Assembly: GCA_007118655.1 (NCBI GenBank)
Contig: SKRE01000001.1
Location: 1 to 40,591 of the forward strand
Reading direction: 5' to 3'
From: Clostridiales bacterium
GTDB taxonomy: Bacteria > Bacillota > Clostridia > Peptostreptococcales > T1SED10-28
DNA: 40,591 nucleotides
The first letter of the stretch is position 1. Each line of letters starts with the position of its first letter. The notes below the pieces were generated by a model. It did not search any database. It was given only the letters and a program-made list of their open reading frames with translations, and was not told the origin of the DNA. This document shows, piece by piece, positions 30,005 through 38,553 of this stretch. A program made the translations under genes and the position numbers.

Positions 30005-30721
30005 ATGGTTTTCATAGAAATTCCCGGTGAGAAAGTACAGGGGCTGTTTCAACGAAGGGTGAACCGTTTTATCGGGGAGGTCTTCGTTGAAGGGAACCTG
30101 GAGACCGTACATATCGCGAATACCGGTCGGATGAAGGAACTGCTTACAAAGGACGCCAAAGTAATTCTTCGAAAAATAAATCAGCCTCACCGAAAAACCA
30201 AGTTCGATTTATTAATGGTCTACCACGGGGATACCTTAATATCCATTGATTCGAAACTGCCCAATCAACTGCTGGAAAAAGCCTTTAAGGAAGGGTTGAT
30301 CTCCGGTTTTGAAGGGTTTTCCACGGTAAAGCGGGAAGTGACCTTTAACAAGAGCCGGTTCGACCTGAGCTTACTAAACCCGACAACTAAGCGGTTGGCC
30401 TTAATTGAGGCCAAATGTGTAACCCTGGTAAAAAATGAAGGACTGGCAACCTTCCCCGATGCCCCCACCACTCGAGGACTGAAACATGTGCTGGAGCTGA
30501 TGGAAGCCTTGCAGGCGGGACATCGCGGAGAAGTGTTTTTTGTAGTGCAGCGAAGTGACGGAAAAGTTTTTCAACCGAACAGCGACATGGACCCCGCGTT
30601 TTCCGAAGCGGTGACAGCGGCCTATAAAGCCGGCGTAAAATTCCGGGCCTATAATTGCATTGTCAGCCCCGAGGGAATTCAGCTTTTTGAGGAAATTCCC
30701 GTTGAAATATCCACAAAGTAA
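30005..30721 (+). CDS. sfsA: SfsA family DNA/RNA nuclease (sugar fermentation stimulation protein)
   Basis: R.NRF, HIANTGRMKELL, SRFD, IEAKCVTL, FPDAPTTRGLKHVLEL, DPAF. Confidence 0.93.
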   Translation: MVFIEIPGEKVQGLFQRRVNRFIGEVFVEGNLETVHIANTGRMKELLTKDAKVILRKINQPHRKTKFDLLMVYHGDTLISIDSKLPNQLLEKAFKEGLISGFEGFSTVKREVTFNKSRFDLSLLNPTTKRLALIEAKCVTLVKNEGLATFPDAPTTRGLKHVLELMEALQAGHRGEVFFVVQRSDGKVFQPNSDMDPAFSEAVTAAYKAGVKFRAYNCIVSPEGIQLFEEIPVEISTK

Positions 30722-30774
30722 AAGTTCTTAGGATTGATTATTTTCAGCTGGATTATCAATTGTCGAAAAGAAAT

Positions 30775-30803
30775 TTGACAGCCGATGGGAAATCCAGTAT
30801 ACT
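30775..30803 (+). promoter_or_regulatory. fur-rnj promoter
   Basis: TTGACA (30775-30780), 17 nt, TATACT (30798-30803). Confidence 0.88.
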
Positions 30804-30809
30804 AAGGTA

Positions 30810-30824
30810 TGAAAATAATTATTA
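30810..30824. promoter_or_regulatory. Fur box (7-1-7)
   Basis: TGAAAAT-A-ATTATTA matches 12 of 14 positions of TGATAAT-N-ATTATCA, at the predicted transcription start. Confidence 0.65.
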
Positions 30825-30847
30825 ATTGAGAAGCGAGGGCGAAAAAT

Positions 30848-31288
30848 ATGTTGGAAACCATGGATATTCTAAAAGATCGACTCAAAGAAAAAGGAAGCAA
30901 ACTGACCCCCCAACGACGGGCTACCTTAAATATAATACTGCAGAATAAAGGGGAACACCTGAATACCGAAGAGATTTACGAGCTGGTTCGTAAGGACTGT
31001 CCGGAAATCGGTTTGGCTACGGTATACCGTACCCTGCAATTATTGGAAGAAATGGATATTGTCTCACGAATTAATTTAGACGACGGATGTTCAAGATATG
31101 AGATTAAAACCGGTGACGAAGATCATCAGCATCATCATTTAATCTGTCAGGGATGCAACAAAATTATTGAAGTAAAAATTGATCTATTGGATCATTTAGA
31201 ACAGGAAATTGAAAAAGAATATGATTTCGACATAAAAGACCATAAAGTTAAGTTTTTTGGTTTATGCTCGGATTGTAATAAGAAATAG
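30848..31288 (+). CDS. fur: ferric uptake regulator Fur
   Basis: KLTPQRR, EIGLATVYRTL, HQHHHLICQGC, C-terminal CSDC. Confidence 0.92.
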   Translation: MLETMDILKDRLKEKGSKLTPQRRATLNIILQNKGEHLNTEEIYELVRKDCPEIGLATVYRTLQLLEEMDIVSRINLDDGCSRYEIKTGDEDHQHHHLICQGCNKIIEVKIDLLDHLEQEIEKEYDFDIKDHKVKFFGLCSDCNKK

Positions 31289-31305
31289 TAGAAGGAGTGA
31301 CAAAT

Positions 31306-32970
31306 TTGGCAAGCAAAAAAGATAAGTTAAAAATTATTCCACTGGGAGGACTAGGGGAAATCGGAAAGAACATGACCGCCATTGAATATGAGGATGAGAT
31401 CCTGATTATTGACTGCGGACTGAGCTTTCCCGAAGAAGAAATGCTGGGAGTAGATATTGTAATCCCGGATATTACGTATTTATTAAAGAACAAGGAAAAG
31501 GTAAAGGGAATTGTGATTACCCATGGACACGAAGACCACATCGGAGCCCTGCCTTACGTGTTGAAGAAAATCAACGTACCGGTTTACGGAAGCCGGTTAA
31601 CCGTTGGACTGATCGAGAACAAATTAAAGGGCTTTAAAATGAAAAATGCCCATATCGAACGGGTACAACCGCGACAAAAAATTCAATTAGGTGCTTTTAA
31701 TGTGGAATTCATCAGTACGTCCCACAGTATCCCCGATGCTTTTGCGTTGTCAGTGGAAACCCCTGCGGGAATCGTATTCCACACAGGAGACTTTCGAATT
31801 GACTATACCCCCATTGATGATCAGATCATTGATTTGGACAAAATTGCTGAGATCGGACGAAAGGGAGTACTGGTAATGCTCGCCGACAGTACCAACGCCG
31901 AGCGGCCGGGAACCACCCGATCGGAAAAAAGCGTAGGAGATACTTTGAACGAAATCTTCAGCACAAGAAAAAGTCGGATTATTATTGCGACCTTTGCGTC
32001 CCACGTACATCGAATTCAGCAAATTGTAAATTCTGCGGTGAAATATAACCGAAAAGTGGTATTTGCGGGAAGAAGCATGTTAACCGTTGGAGCCGTAGCT
32101 CAGGAACTGGGTGTTCTGAACATTCCTGAAGGAATTACCATTACGGAAAAGGAAATGGACAGATATCCCGATGAAGAAGTGGTAGTTGTGGTTACCGGAT
32201 CTCAAGGAGAGCCCATGGCGGCCCTGCCTCGAATGGCCAGTGACGAACATCGTTCCCTGGATATTCGAAAAGGAGATACCGTAGTATTTTCCTCCACACC
32301 CATACCGGGAAATGAAAAACTCGTTGGAAAAGTAATGAATCAATTATATGACCGGGGAGCGGAAGTTATCTATGATAAACTTTATGACGTTCACACCTCG
32401 GGACATGCCTGCCAGGAAGAGTTAAAGCTGATGCACCGATTGGTGAAGCCTCAGTACTTTATTCCTGTACACGGGGAAGTTCGACATCTTCGTCAGCACG
32501 GACTGTTAGCGGAAGAGTTGGGAATGCCGAAGGAAAACATCTTCGTCGGTGAAACGGGAGATATTATGGAATTCTCCAAGGAATCCGCGAAGGTTACGGG
32601 CAAGGTCACTTCCGGTCAGGTTCTGGTGGATGGTCTTGGTGTTGGAGACGTTGGAAACATCGTTCTTCGGGATCGTAAGCATTTAGCGGAAGACGGACTG
32701 ATGATCGTGGTGGTCACCATCAAACGGGAAAACCGAAAAGTGATGGCCGGACCGGATATCATCTCCCGAGGATTTGTATACGTTCGGGAATCGGAAACCT
32801 TAATGGGTGAAGCCAAGGACGTTGTAACCAAAGCCTTGGAAAATTGCGAAAAACAAAACGCCAAAGAATGGTCCGTAATCAAAGGGGCTATTCGGGATCA
32901 GTTAAAAGGCTTCCTATACGAGAAGACGAAACGTCGTCCAATGATTCTGCCTATAATCATGGAAGTTTAA
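31306..32970 (+). CDS. rnj: ribonuclease J
   Basis: PLGGLGEIGKNM, THGHEDHIG, HSIPD, TGSQGEP, HTSGHA, PVHGE, PMILPIIMEV; TTG 31306 fits SD AAGGAGTG. Confidence 0.98.
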   Translation: MASKKDKLKIIPLGGLGEIGKNMTAIEYEDEILIIDCGLSFPEEEMLGVDIVIPDITYLLKNKEKVKGIVITHGHEDHIGALPYVLKKINVPVYGSRLTVGLIENKLKGFKMKNAHIERVQPRQKIQLGAFNVEFISTSHSIPDAFALSVETPAGIVFHTGDFRIDYTPIDDQIIDLDKIAEIGRKGVLVMLADSTNAERPGTTRSEKSVGDTLNEIFSTRKSRIIIATFASHVHRIQQIVNSAVKYNRKVVFAGRSMLTVGAVAQELGVLNIPEGITITEKEMDRYPDEEVVVVVTGSQGEPMAALPRMASDEHRSLDIRKGDTVVFSSTPIPGNEKLVGKVMNQLYDRGAEVIYDKLYDVHTSGHACQEELKLMHRLVKPQYFIPVHGEVRHLRQHGLLAEELGMPKENIFVGETGDIMEFSKESAKVTGKVTSGQVLVDGLGVGDVGNIVLRDRKHLAEDGLMIVVVTIKRENRKVMAGPDIISRGFVYVRESETLMGEAKDVVTKALENCEKQNAKEWSVIKGAIRDQLKGFLYEKTKRRPMILPIIMEV

Positions 32971-33005
32971 AGCGAAGTATATTATAATAAAATAGAACAT
33001 GATAT

Positions 33006-33042
33006 ATGGAACTCTAACGATTATTGTTAGAGTTTCATTTTT
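33006..33042 (+). terminator. intrinsic terminator after rnj
   Basis: ATGGAACTCTAACGA / TTGTTAGAGTTTCAT stem plus TTTT. Confidence 0.85.
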
Positions 33043-33059
33043 GCGCAGTTTTACGGAGC

Positions 33060-33129
33060 AAGGGGACAGGGGGACGGAGTAATTGTCCTCCAAAACAAGA
33101 GGACAATTACTCCGTCCCCCTGTCCCCTT
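33060..33129. repeat. perfect 31-bp inverted repeat with 8-nt spacer (REP/REPIN-like doublet)
   Basis: AAGGGGACAGGGGGACGGAGTAATTGTCCTC (33060-33090), CAAAACAA, exact reverse complement (33099-33129). Confidence 0.92.
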
Positions 33130-33154
33130 AATACATAGAAAAAGAGGTGTAAAG

Positions 33155-33445
33155 ATGAATATTTTACTATATATCGCAATTATGATCTTCGGGGCTTTTT
33201 TAGGAAATCGAAGGCTGATACCGAAGATGTTGATGAAAAAAATAGATACCATTCAGTTTTTATGTCTGCTGCTGCTGCTGTTTATAATGGGTGTATCCAT
33301 CGGTCTGGACGAAGAAGTGATTCAGTCCTTTGGGACCATCGGGATTCAAGGGATCATCTTTGCCCTTTCCTCCATTGTTTTCAGTATCATCGGGGTTCGG
33401 CTGATTGCCTCGAAAGTTCTCCCGAAAGGCGGTGAGGAACAGTGA
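33155..33445 (+). CDS. LysO/DUF340 family small membrane protein
   Basis: 96 aa, three hydrophobic segments, LLLFIMGVSIG; ATG 33155 after GAGGTG; overlaps next gene by GTGA. Confidence 0.8.
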   Translation: MNILLYIAIMIFGAFLGNRRLIPKMLMKKIDTIQFLCLLLLLFIMGVSIGLDEEVIQSFGTIGIQGIIFALSSIVFSIIGVRLIASKVLPKGGEEQ

Positions 33446-34038
33446 GTCTAACGATTTTAATAACCGTGGCCCTGGGAATCCTCAGCGGAATTTTTATCTT
33501 CCCGGAAAGTCTTGGAGATTCCATGGGCTTTTGGATCAGCGCAGGTTTAGCCCTGCTGCTGTTTTTCGTGGGGATCGATATCGGATCCAACCGGGGAATC
33601 CTGGGGAAAATACGGCGGATCGGATTTAAGGTGTTTTTAGTCCCCTTAATGGTGGCCCTGGGCAGTATTCTCGGAACCACCCTGGCGGGGATTTTAATGG
33701 GCATGAGTGCCGTGGAGTCCGCCGCCGTCGGCGCCGGCTTCGGATGGTACTCCTTATCCGCCATCGAGCTTTCCAAGCACAGCGCATATTTAGGCACCTT
33801 GGCCTTTGTAACCAATATCTCAAGGGAAATCATCGCCCTGGTATCCATACCCTTTATCGCGAAATACATCGGAAAACTGGAAGCGATCGCCCCCGCCGGG
33901 GCTACGGCCATGGATACGGTGCTGCCCGTAATATCCCGGTCCACCAATGCCCATATCGCCATTATTTCCTTTATAACCGGGGTGGTGCTCTCCAGTATGG
34001 TACCCGTATTGGTACCCCTTATTATGCTGTTTTCCTAG
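33442..34038 (+). CDS. lysine exporter LysO (YbjE/DUF340) family protein
   Basis: LLFFVGIDIG, GFGWYSLS, NISREI, GATAMDTVLPVI. Confidence 0.9.
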   Translation: MSLTILITVALGILSGIFIFPESLGDSMGFWISAGLALLLFFVGIDIGSNRGILGKIRRIGFKVFLVPLMVALGSILGTTLAGILMGMSAVESAAVGAGFGWYSLSAIELSKHSAYLGTLAFVTNISREIIALVSIPFIAKYIGKLEAIAPAGATAMDTVLPVISRSTNAHIAIISFITGVVLSSMVPVLVPLIMLFS

Positions 34039-34107
34039 AAGGGGTTAAGGGGAACTGCAACAAAAAAAGCAAGAAAAGAAAACAAGAGAATACTGCACCT
34101 GAAAAAA

Positions 34108-34116
34108 TGTTAAAAT
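34108..34116 (+). promoter_or_regulatory. extended -10 promoter for trmR-U32-udk
   Basis: TGtTAAAAT in the intergenic region. Confidence 0.5.
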
Positions 34117-34179
34117 AGTTTAAGGAACCGACAATAAAGCTTAAATGAAATCACACGTTTTATCTGGGAGGAAAAACCT

Positions 34180-34884
34180 ATGAATGAAAACACCGATAAA
34201 ATCGAAAAAAAAGCAGAAAAGGAAGCTCCGGAGGAACAAATCGTCCATCAGCACGTCAAAGATTATATAGAGGACCTTCTTCCGAGGCATCAGGGACTGT
34301 TTAAAGAGCTGGAGGCATATGCTGAGATCCATAAGGTCCCGATCATTCAGCGGGAGGTAGCGGCGCTGTTAAAGGTCCTGGTGAAAACTGCGAATGCCGA
34401 GAAAATCTTAGAAATCGGCACCGCCATCGGCTACTCCGCCATGATTATGGCCGAGGCCATGGAAGCCGAGGGAAAGATCGTTACCTTAGAGCGAAATGAA
34501 AAAATGGTGGAACAGGCCATGGAAAACATTCGCCGGGGAGGCTTTGAAAACCGGATTCAAATCATACCGGGAGACGCCTTGGAAACCCTTCATTTCCTGC
34601 CGGGGGGCTACGACGTAATATTTATGGACGGGGGAAAAGGTCACTATCACGAAATGCTGACGCTTGCCATTTCCCTACTTAAGCCCGGTGGACTGTTGAT
34701 CTCTGATAATATATTATATAAGGGGATGGTCTCCAGTGAGGACCTGGTAAAGCGACGGAAACGAACCATTGTTCACCGTATGCGGGAGTATCTGGAATAC
34801 ATCACCAACCATCAGGAATTAACCACCAGCATCATCCCTATCGGCGACGGGGTTGCCCTGTCCTATAAAAAAAAGATAGTGTAA
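34180..34884 (+). CDS. trmR: O-methyltransferase, TrmR/YrrM-like tRNA 5-hydroxyuridine methyltransferase
   Basis: VPII, ILEIGTAIGYSA, DVIFMDGGKG.Y, ISDNIL, IGDG; upstream of U32 and udk. Confidence 0.85.
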   Translation: MNENTDKIEKKAEKEAPEEQIVHQHVKDYIEDLLPRHQGLFKELEAYAEIHKVPIIQREVAALLKVLVKTANAEKILEIGTAIGYSAMIMAEAMEAEGKIVTLERNEKMVEQAMENIRRGGFENRIQIIPGDALETLHFLPGGYDVIFMDGGKGHYHEMLTLAISLLKPGGLLISDNILYKGMVSSEDLVKRRKRTIVHRMREYLEYITNHQELTTSIIPIGDGVALSYKKKIV

Positions 34885-34916
34885 AGCAGCCCAAAGAAAA
34901 ACTAGGAGGAACATAG

Positions 34917-36158
34917 ATGGAAAAAGTGGAATTACTTGCTCCCGCGGGAGATTTGGAACGTTTGAAAATGGCGGTGCTTTACGGCGCCGACGCGGTCTAT
35001 CTCGGCGGACAGATTTTCGGCATGAGAGCCGCAGCGAAGAACTTTAGCATAGAGGAAATCAAAGAAGGGGTACGCTTTGCCCACGACCGGGGGGTAAAGG
35101 TGTATCTGACGTTGAATATTATTCCCCATAATGAGGATTTTGAAGGACTGGACAGCTATCTGGCGGATGTGGAAAAAACCGGAATCGATGCGGTCATCGT
35201 GTCGGACCCGGGAACCTTTGAATTGGTTCAGGAGACCCTGCCGGATATGGATATTCATATCAGCACCCAGGCCAACACCACCAATCACCGGACCATCAAT
35301 TTCTGGCATAAAATGGGGGCGGAGCGGGTGGTTCTTGCCCGGGAACTGAGCTTTAAGGAAATCCACGAAATACGGGAGAAAATCGATCCGAAAGTGGAAC
35401 TGGAAGCCTTCATCCACGGCGCCATGTGCATTTCCTACTCGGGAAGATGCCTCCTCAGCAATTATATGGCCAACCGGGACGCCAACCGGGGAGAATGCGC
35501 CCAGCCCTGCCGATGGAATTACTATCTGGTAGAGGAAAAGCGCCCGGGAGAGTACATGCCCATCTACGAAGATGAAAAAGGTACCTATTTCATGAACTCC
35601 AAGGACCTGTCCATGATCGCCCATATTCCCGAGGTGATCAACGCCGGGATTACAAGCTTAAAAATTGAAGGACGAATGAAGACCATCTATTATGTGGCCA
35701 CCATTGTCCGGGCCTACCGTATGGCCATTGACGCCTACTACGATGATCCGGAAAATTGGAGCTTTCAGCCGGAGTGGCTGCAGGAGATCAAAAAAGTCAG
35801 TCACCGGGAATTCACTACGGGTTTTTACTTTGATAAGCCCGACGAAAAGGATCATATCTACGCCGACAAATCCTATCACCGGGACTTTACCTTTATCGGT
35901 CTGGTAAAATCCTATGACGAAGCGACCCAAACCGCCTTAATAGAACAGCGTAACCGATTCTTTAAAGGGGATACCGTCGAAATTGTGGGCCCGGAAAAAG
36001 AGACCCAAACCCTGGTGATCTCGGAAATGATCAACGAAGAAGGGGAGTCCATTGATGTGGCCCCCCACCCGAAACAGCTGGTTCGAATTCCTGTGAACCG
36101 ACGGGTCAAACCCTACGACATGCTTCGAAAGGAAAGGATGGATCATGATGAATCATAA
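34917..36158 (+). CDS. U32 family protein, TrhP-like tRNA hydroxylase
   Basis: [59 protein letters not shown]. Confidence 0.92.
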   Translation: MEKVELLAPAGDLERLKMAVLYGADAVYLGGQIFGMRAAAKNFSIEEIKEGVRFAHDRGVKVYLTLNIIPHNEDFEGLDSYLADVEKTGIDAVIVSDPGTFELVQETLPDMDIHISTQANTTNHRTINFWHKMGAERVVLARELSFKEIHEIREKIDPKVELEAFIHGAMCISYSGRCLLSNYMANRDANRGECAQPCRWNYYLVEEKRPGEYMPIYEDEKGTYFMNSKDLSMIAHIPEVINAGITSLKIEGRMKTIYYVATIVRAYRMAIDAYYDDPENWSFQPEWLQEIKKVSHREFTTGFYFDKPDEKDHIYADKSYHRDFTFIGLVKSYDEATQTALIEQRNRFFKGDTVEIVGPEKETQTLVISEMINEEGESIDVAPHPKQLVRIPVNRRVKPYDMLRKERMDHDES

Positions 36159-36777
36159 ACCTATATTAATCGGTATTACCGGAGGCACCGGCTCGGGAAA
36201 GAGCACCGTGGCCCAGGCAATTTATGACAGTCTGTCGGAAAAAAACATTGCGATTATTGAGCAGGACGCCTATTACAAGGACCAGTCCCACTTAACCTTT
36301 GAGGAGCGGACCAAGACCAATTATGATCATCCCCTGGCCTTTGATATGGATCTGTTGATTGAGCATCTGACCAAGCTGTCCAATAAGCAGTGCATCGAAA
36401 AACCCGCCTATGATTTTGAAAACCATAATCGAAAGAAAGAGACCACAACCTTTTATCCGAAGGATATTATTATTCTGGAAGGAATTCTCCTTTTGGACGA
36501 ACCGAAGCTTCGGGATATGCTGGATATTAAAATCTTTGTGGACACGGACTCCGACGTTCGGATCATTCGACGAATTCTTCGGGATATTAAGGACCGGGGA
36601 CGCAGTCTCGAGTCGGTGATCGATCAGTATCTCAGCACCGTACGCCCCGCCCATTTGCAGTTTGTGGAGCCGAATAAAAAATACGCGGATATTATCATTC
36701 CCGAAGGGGGCTTTAATCAGGTAGCCATCGATATTATGATTGCCAAGGTTAAGTCCATCGTTCAGGAGAGGGTTTAG
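36145..36777 (+). CDS. udk: uridine kinase
   Basis: [49 protein letters not shown]. Confidence 0.97.
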   Translation: MMNHKPILIGITGGTGSGKSTVAQAIYDSLSEKNIAIIEQDAYYKDQSHLTFEERTKTNYDHPLAFDMDLLIEHLTKLSNKQCIEKPAYDFENHNRKKETTTFYPKDIIILEGILLLDEPKLRDMLDIKIFVDTDSDVRIIRRILRDIKDRGRSLESVIDQYLSTVRPAHLQFVEPNKKYADIIIPEGGFNQVAIDIMIAKVKSIVQERV

Positions 36778-36805
36778 AGGTTCACTAAAAAAATTTAAGA
36801 GGGAT

Positions 36806-36834
36806 TATACAAAAATTACTTTTCTTGTTATAAT
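36806..36834 (+). promoter_or_regulatory. promoter of CBS-domain gene
   Basis: TATACA (36806-36811), 17 nt, TGtTATAAT (TATAAT 36829-36834). Confidence 0.65.
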
Positions 36835-36857
36835 GAATACAAGGGGGAGATGTAAAT

Positions 36858-37304
36858 ATGAATATTGCATTTTTTATTACACCGAAGCATGAAAGTGTTT
36901 GTCTCGAAAAAGACGCCACCATGCGGCAAGCCTTGGAAAAAATGGAGTTTCACCGCTACACAGCCATACCCATAGTAGATAAACAGGGGAAATACGTCGG
37001 AACGCTGACGGAAGGAGATCTGCTGTGGAAAATGAAGAACACGCCGAATTTAACCTTTGAGGGAACCAACAAAATACCGCTTAGAAAAGTACCGAAAAAC
37101 ATGAGCAATCATCCCGTATCCATCAATGCGGAAATGGAGGAAGTTGTAGATTTGATCATGAAGCAAAACTTTGTTCCCGTGGTGGATGATCAGGATATTT
37201 TTGTGGGCATCATTACCCGTAAAGCAGTAATGAGTTACTTACGAAACATTGCAGGAAAGGAAATCGGAAATCTGGATAATTTACGTTCCGTATCAAGTAT
37301 GTAA
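36858..37304 (+). CDS. stand-alone tandem CBS domain protein
   Basis: YTAIPIVD..GKYVGTLTEGDLL and FVPVVDD..IFVGIITRK, two CBS motifs in 148 aa. Confidence 0.9.
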   Translation: MNIAFFITPKHESVCLEKDATMRQALEKMEFHRYTAIPIVDKQGKYVGTLTEGDLLWKMKNTPNLTFEGTNKIPLRKVPKNMSNHPVSINAEMEEVVDLIMKQNFVPVVDDQDIFVGIITRKAVMSYLRNIAGKEIGNLDNLRSVSSM

Positions 37305-37406
37305 TTTTTCCATGCATGTAATTTTCCAAAGGGAAAAATAGATGCAATTATTTTGGGACAGGAAATGAATCCGATGTTGTTAATCGGAGGAAAAGCAGGT
37401 GAGAAT

Positions 37407-38450
37407 ATGGAATTCAGTGAAAAAAACAAAGGTTTTTTTATCAATGATTACAGTGAAGGAGCCCATCCGGAAATCCTAAAGCGGCTCAGTGAAACCAATG
37501 AGCAGCCGGAGGAAGGTTACGGAGAGGATCTCTTTACCAAACAGGCCAAGGAAGAAATCAAACGGCTGTTGGGGAAGAATCATCATTCGGAAGTCCATCT
37601 GGTATCCGGGGGAACCCAGGCGAATTTAACCACTCTGGGGATCATGTTAAAGCCCTATGAATCTGTAATTGCACCGGAGACTGCTCATATTGCCGTACAT
37701 GAAACCGGTGCCATTGAAGCAACCGGCCATAAAATCAATACCATTCCCACGGAAGACGGAAAAATCACACCCAGCCAGATCCTGGAAGTTTTAGAGGAGC
37801 ATGAGGACGAGCATATGGTCCTGCCCCGGGTGATTTACATTTCCAATACCACGGAGGTGGGAAGCTGTTATAGAAAAAAAGAGCTGCAGGAACTTCGGAC
37901 CGTTGCCGATGCGCATGGACTGAAAATTTACCTGGACGGAGCTAGAGTCGGCTCCGCCTTAATGACGAAAAGCAATGATTTAACCCTGGAGGATTTAGCC
38001 GAGCTTACCGATGCTTTTTATATCGGGGGAACAAAAAACGGAGCCCTGTTGGGAGAGGCCATTGTCCTTAATAACCGGGAGCTTCAGGAAAACTTCCGCT
38101 TTGCCATAAAACAGCGGGGGGGGCTGATGGCCAAGGGAAGAGTTCTGGGACTGCAGTTTACCGCCCTTTTTGAAGGGGATTTATTTTTTCAATTGGCCGC
38201 CCATGCCAATGACATGGCGGATTTACTTCGGGAAGGGATCCACGGCGAGGGATATAAATTCTTAGTGGAGACCGAGAGCAATCAGCTCTTTCCCATCCTG
38301 CCGGAACCCCTGATCGAGGAGCTGGAGAAAAAATACGTTTTTTATCGTTGGAAAAAAATAGACAATCATCACACCGCCCTGCGTCTGGTAACATCCTGGG
38401 CCACAAAAAAAGAAAAGGTGGAAGCCTTTTTACGAGATCTTAAGGCATAA
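37407..38450 (+). CDS. low-specificity L-threonine aldolase family PLP enzyme
   Basis: FINDYSEGAHP, GYGED, GGTQAN, HETGAIE, YLDGAR, GGTKNG (PLP Lys), SNQLF; ATG 37407 after AGGTGA. Confidence 0.88.
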   Translation: MEFSEKNKGFFINDYSEGAHPEILKRLSETNEQPEEGYGEDLFTKQAKEEIKRLLGKNHHSEVHLVSGGTQANLTTLGIMLKPYESVIAPETAHIAVHETGAIEATGHKINTIPTEDGKITPSQILEVLEEHEDEHMVLPRVIYISNTTEVGSCYRKKELQELRTVADAHGLKIYLDGARVGSALMTKSNDLTLEDLAELTDAFYIGGTKNGALLGEAIVLNNRELQENFRFAIKQRGGLMAKGRVLGLQFTALFEGDLFFQLAAHANDMADLLREGIHGEGYKFLVETESNQLFPILPEPLIEELEKKYVFYRWKKIDNHHTALRLVTSWATKKEKVEAFLRDLKA

Positions 38451-38553
38451 ACCGGAGTTGCGGAACCATTGGGGATCACTCCTCAACCAGAGGCGCCCCA
38501 GGGTTCGCCGACGGCCTTAACATCCGAAAGACAGAACTAAAGGAGATGAACAC

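Noticed and set aside
32978-32998. TATATTATAATAAAATAG as a PerR box or promoter after rnj
   Set aside because: Only one half-site matches, no good -35, and it lies upstream of the terminator in AT-rich DNA
34932-35624. Long minus-strand ORFs (230 aa here; also 11620-12285, 24830-25447, 33387-33962, 26096-26650, 19027-19572)
   Set aside because: All lie antisense to well-conserved genes and have no recognisable motifs; typical shadow ORFs
37299-37328. Near-tandem duplication ATGTAATTTT(T)CCA around the CBS gene stop codon
   Set aside because: Short and AT-rich with nothing inserted between the copies; cannot be supported as a target-site duplication
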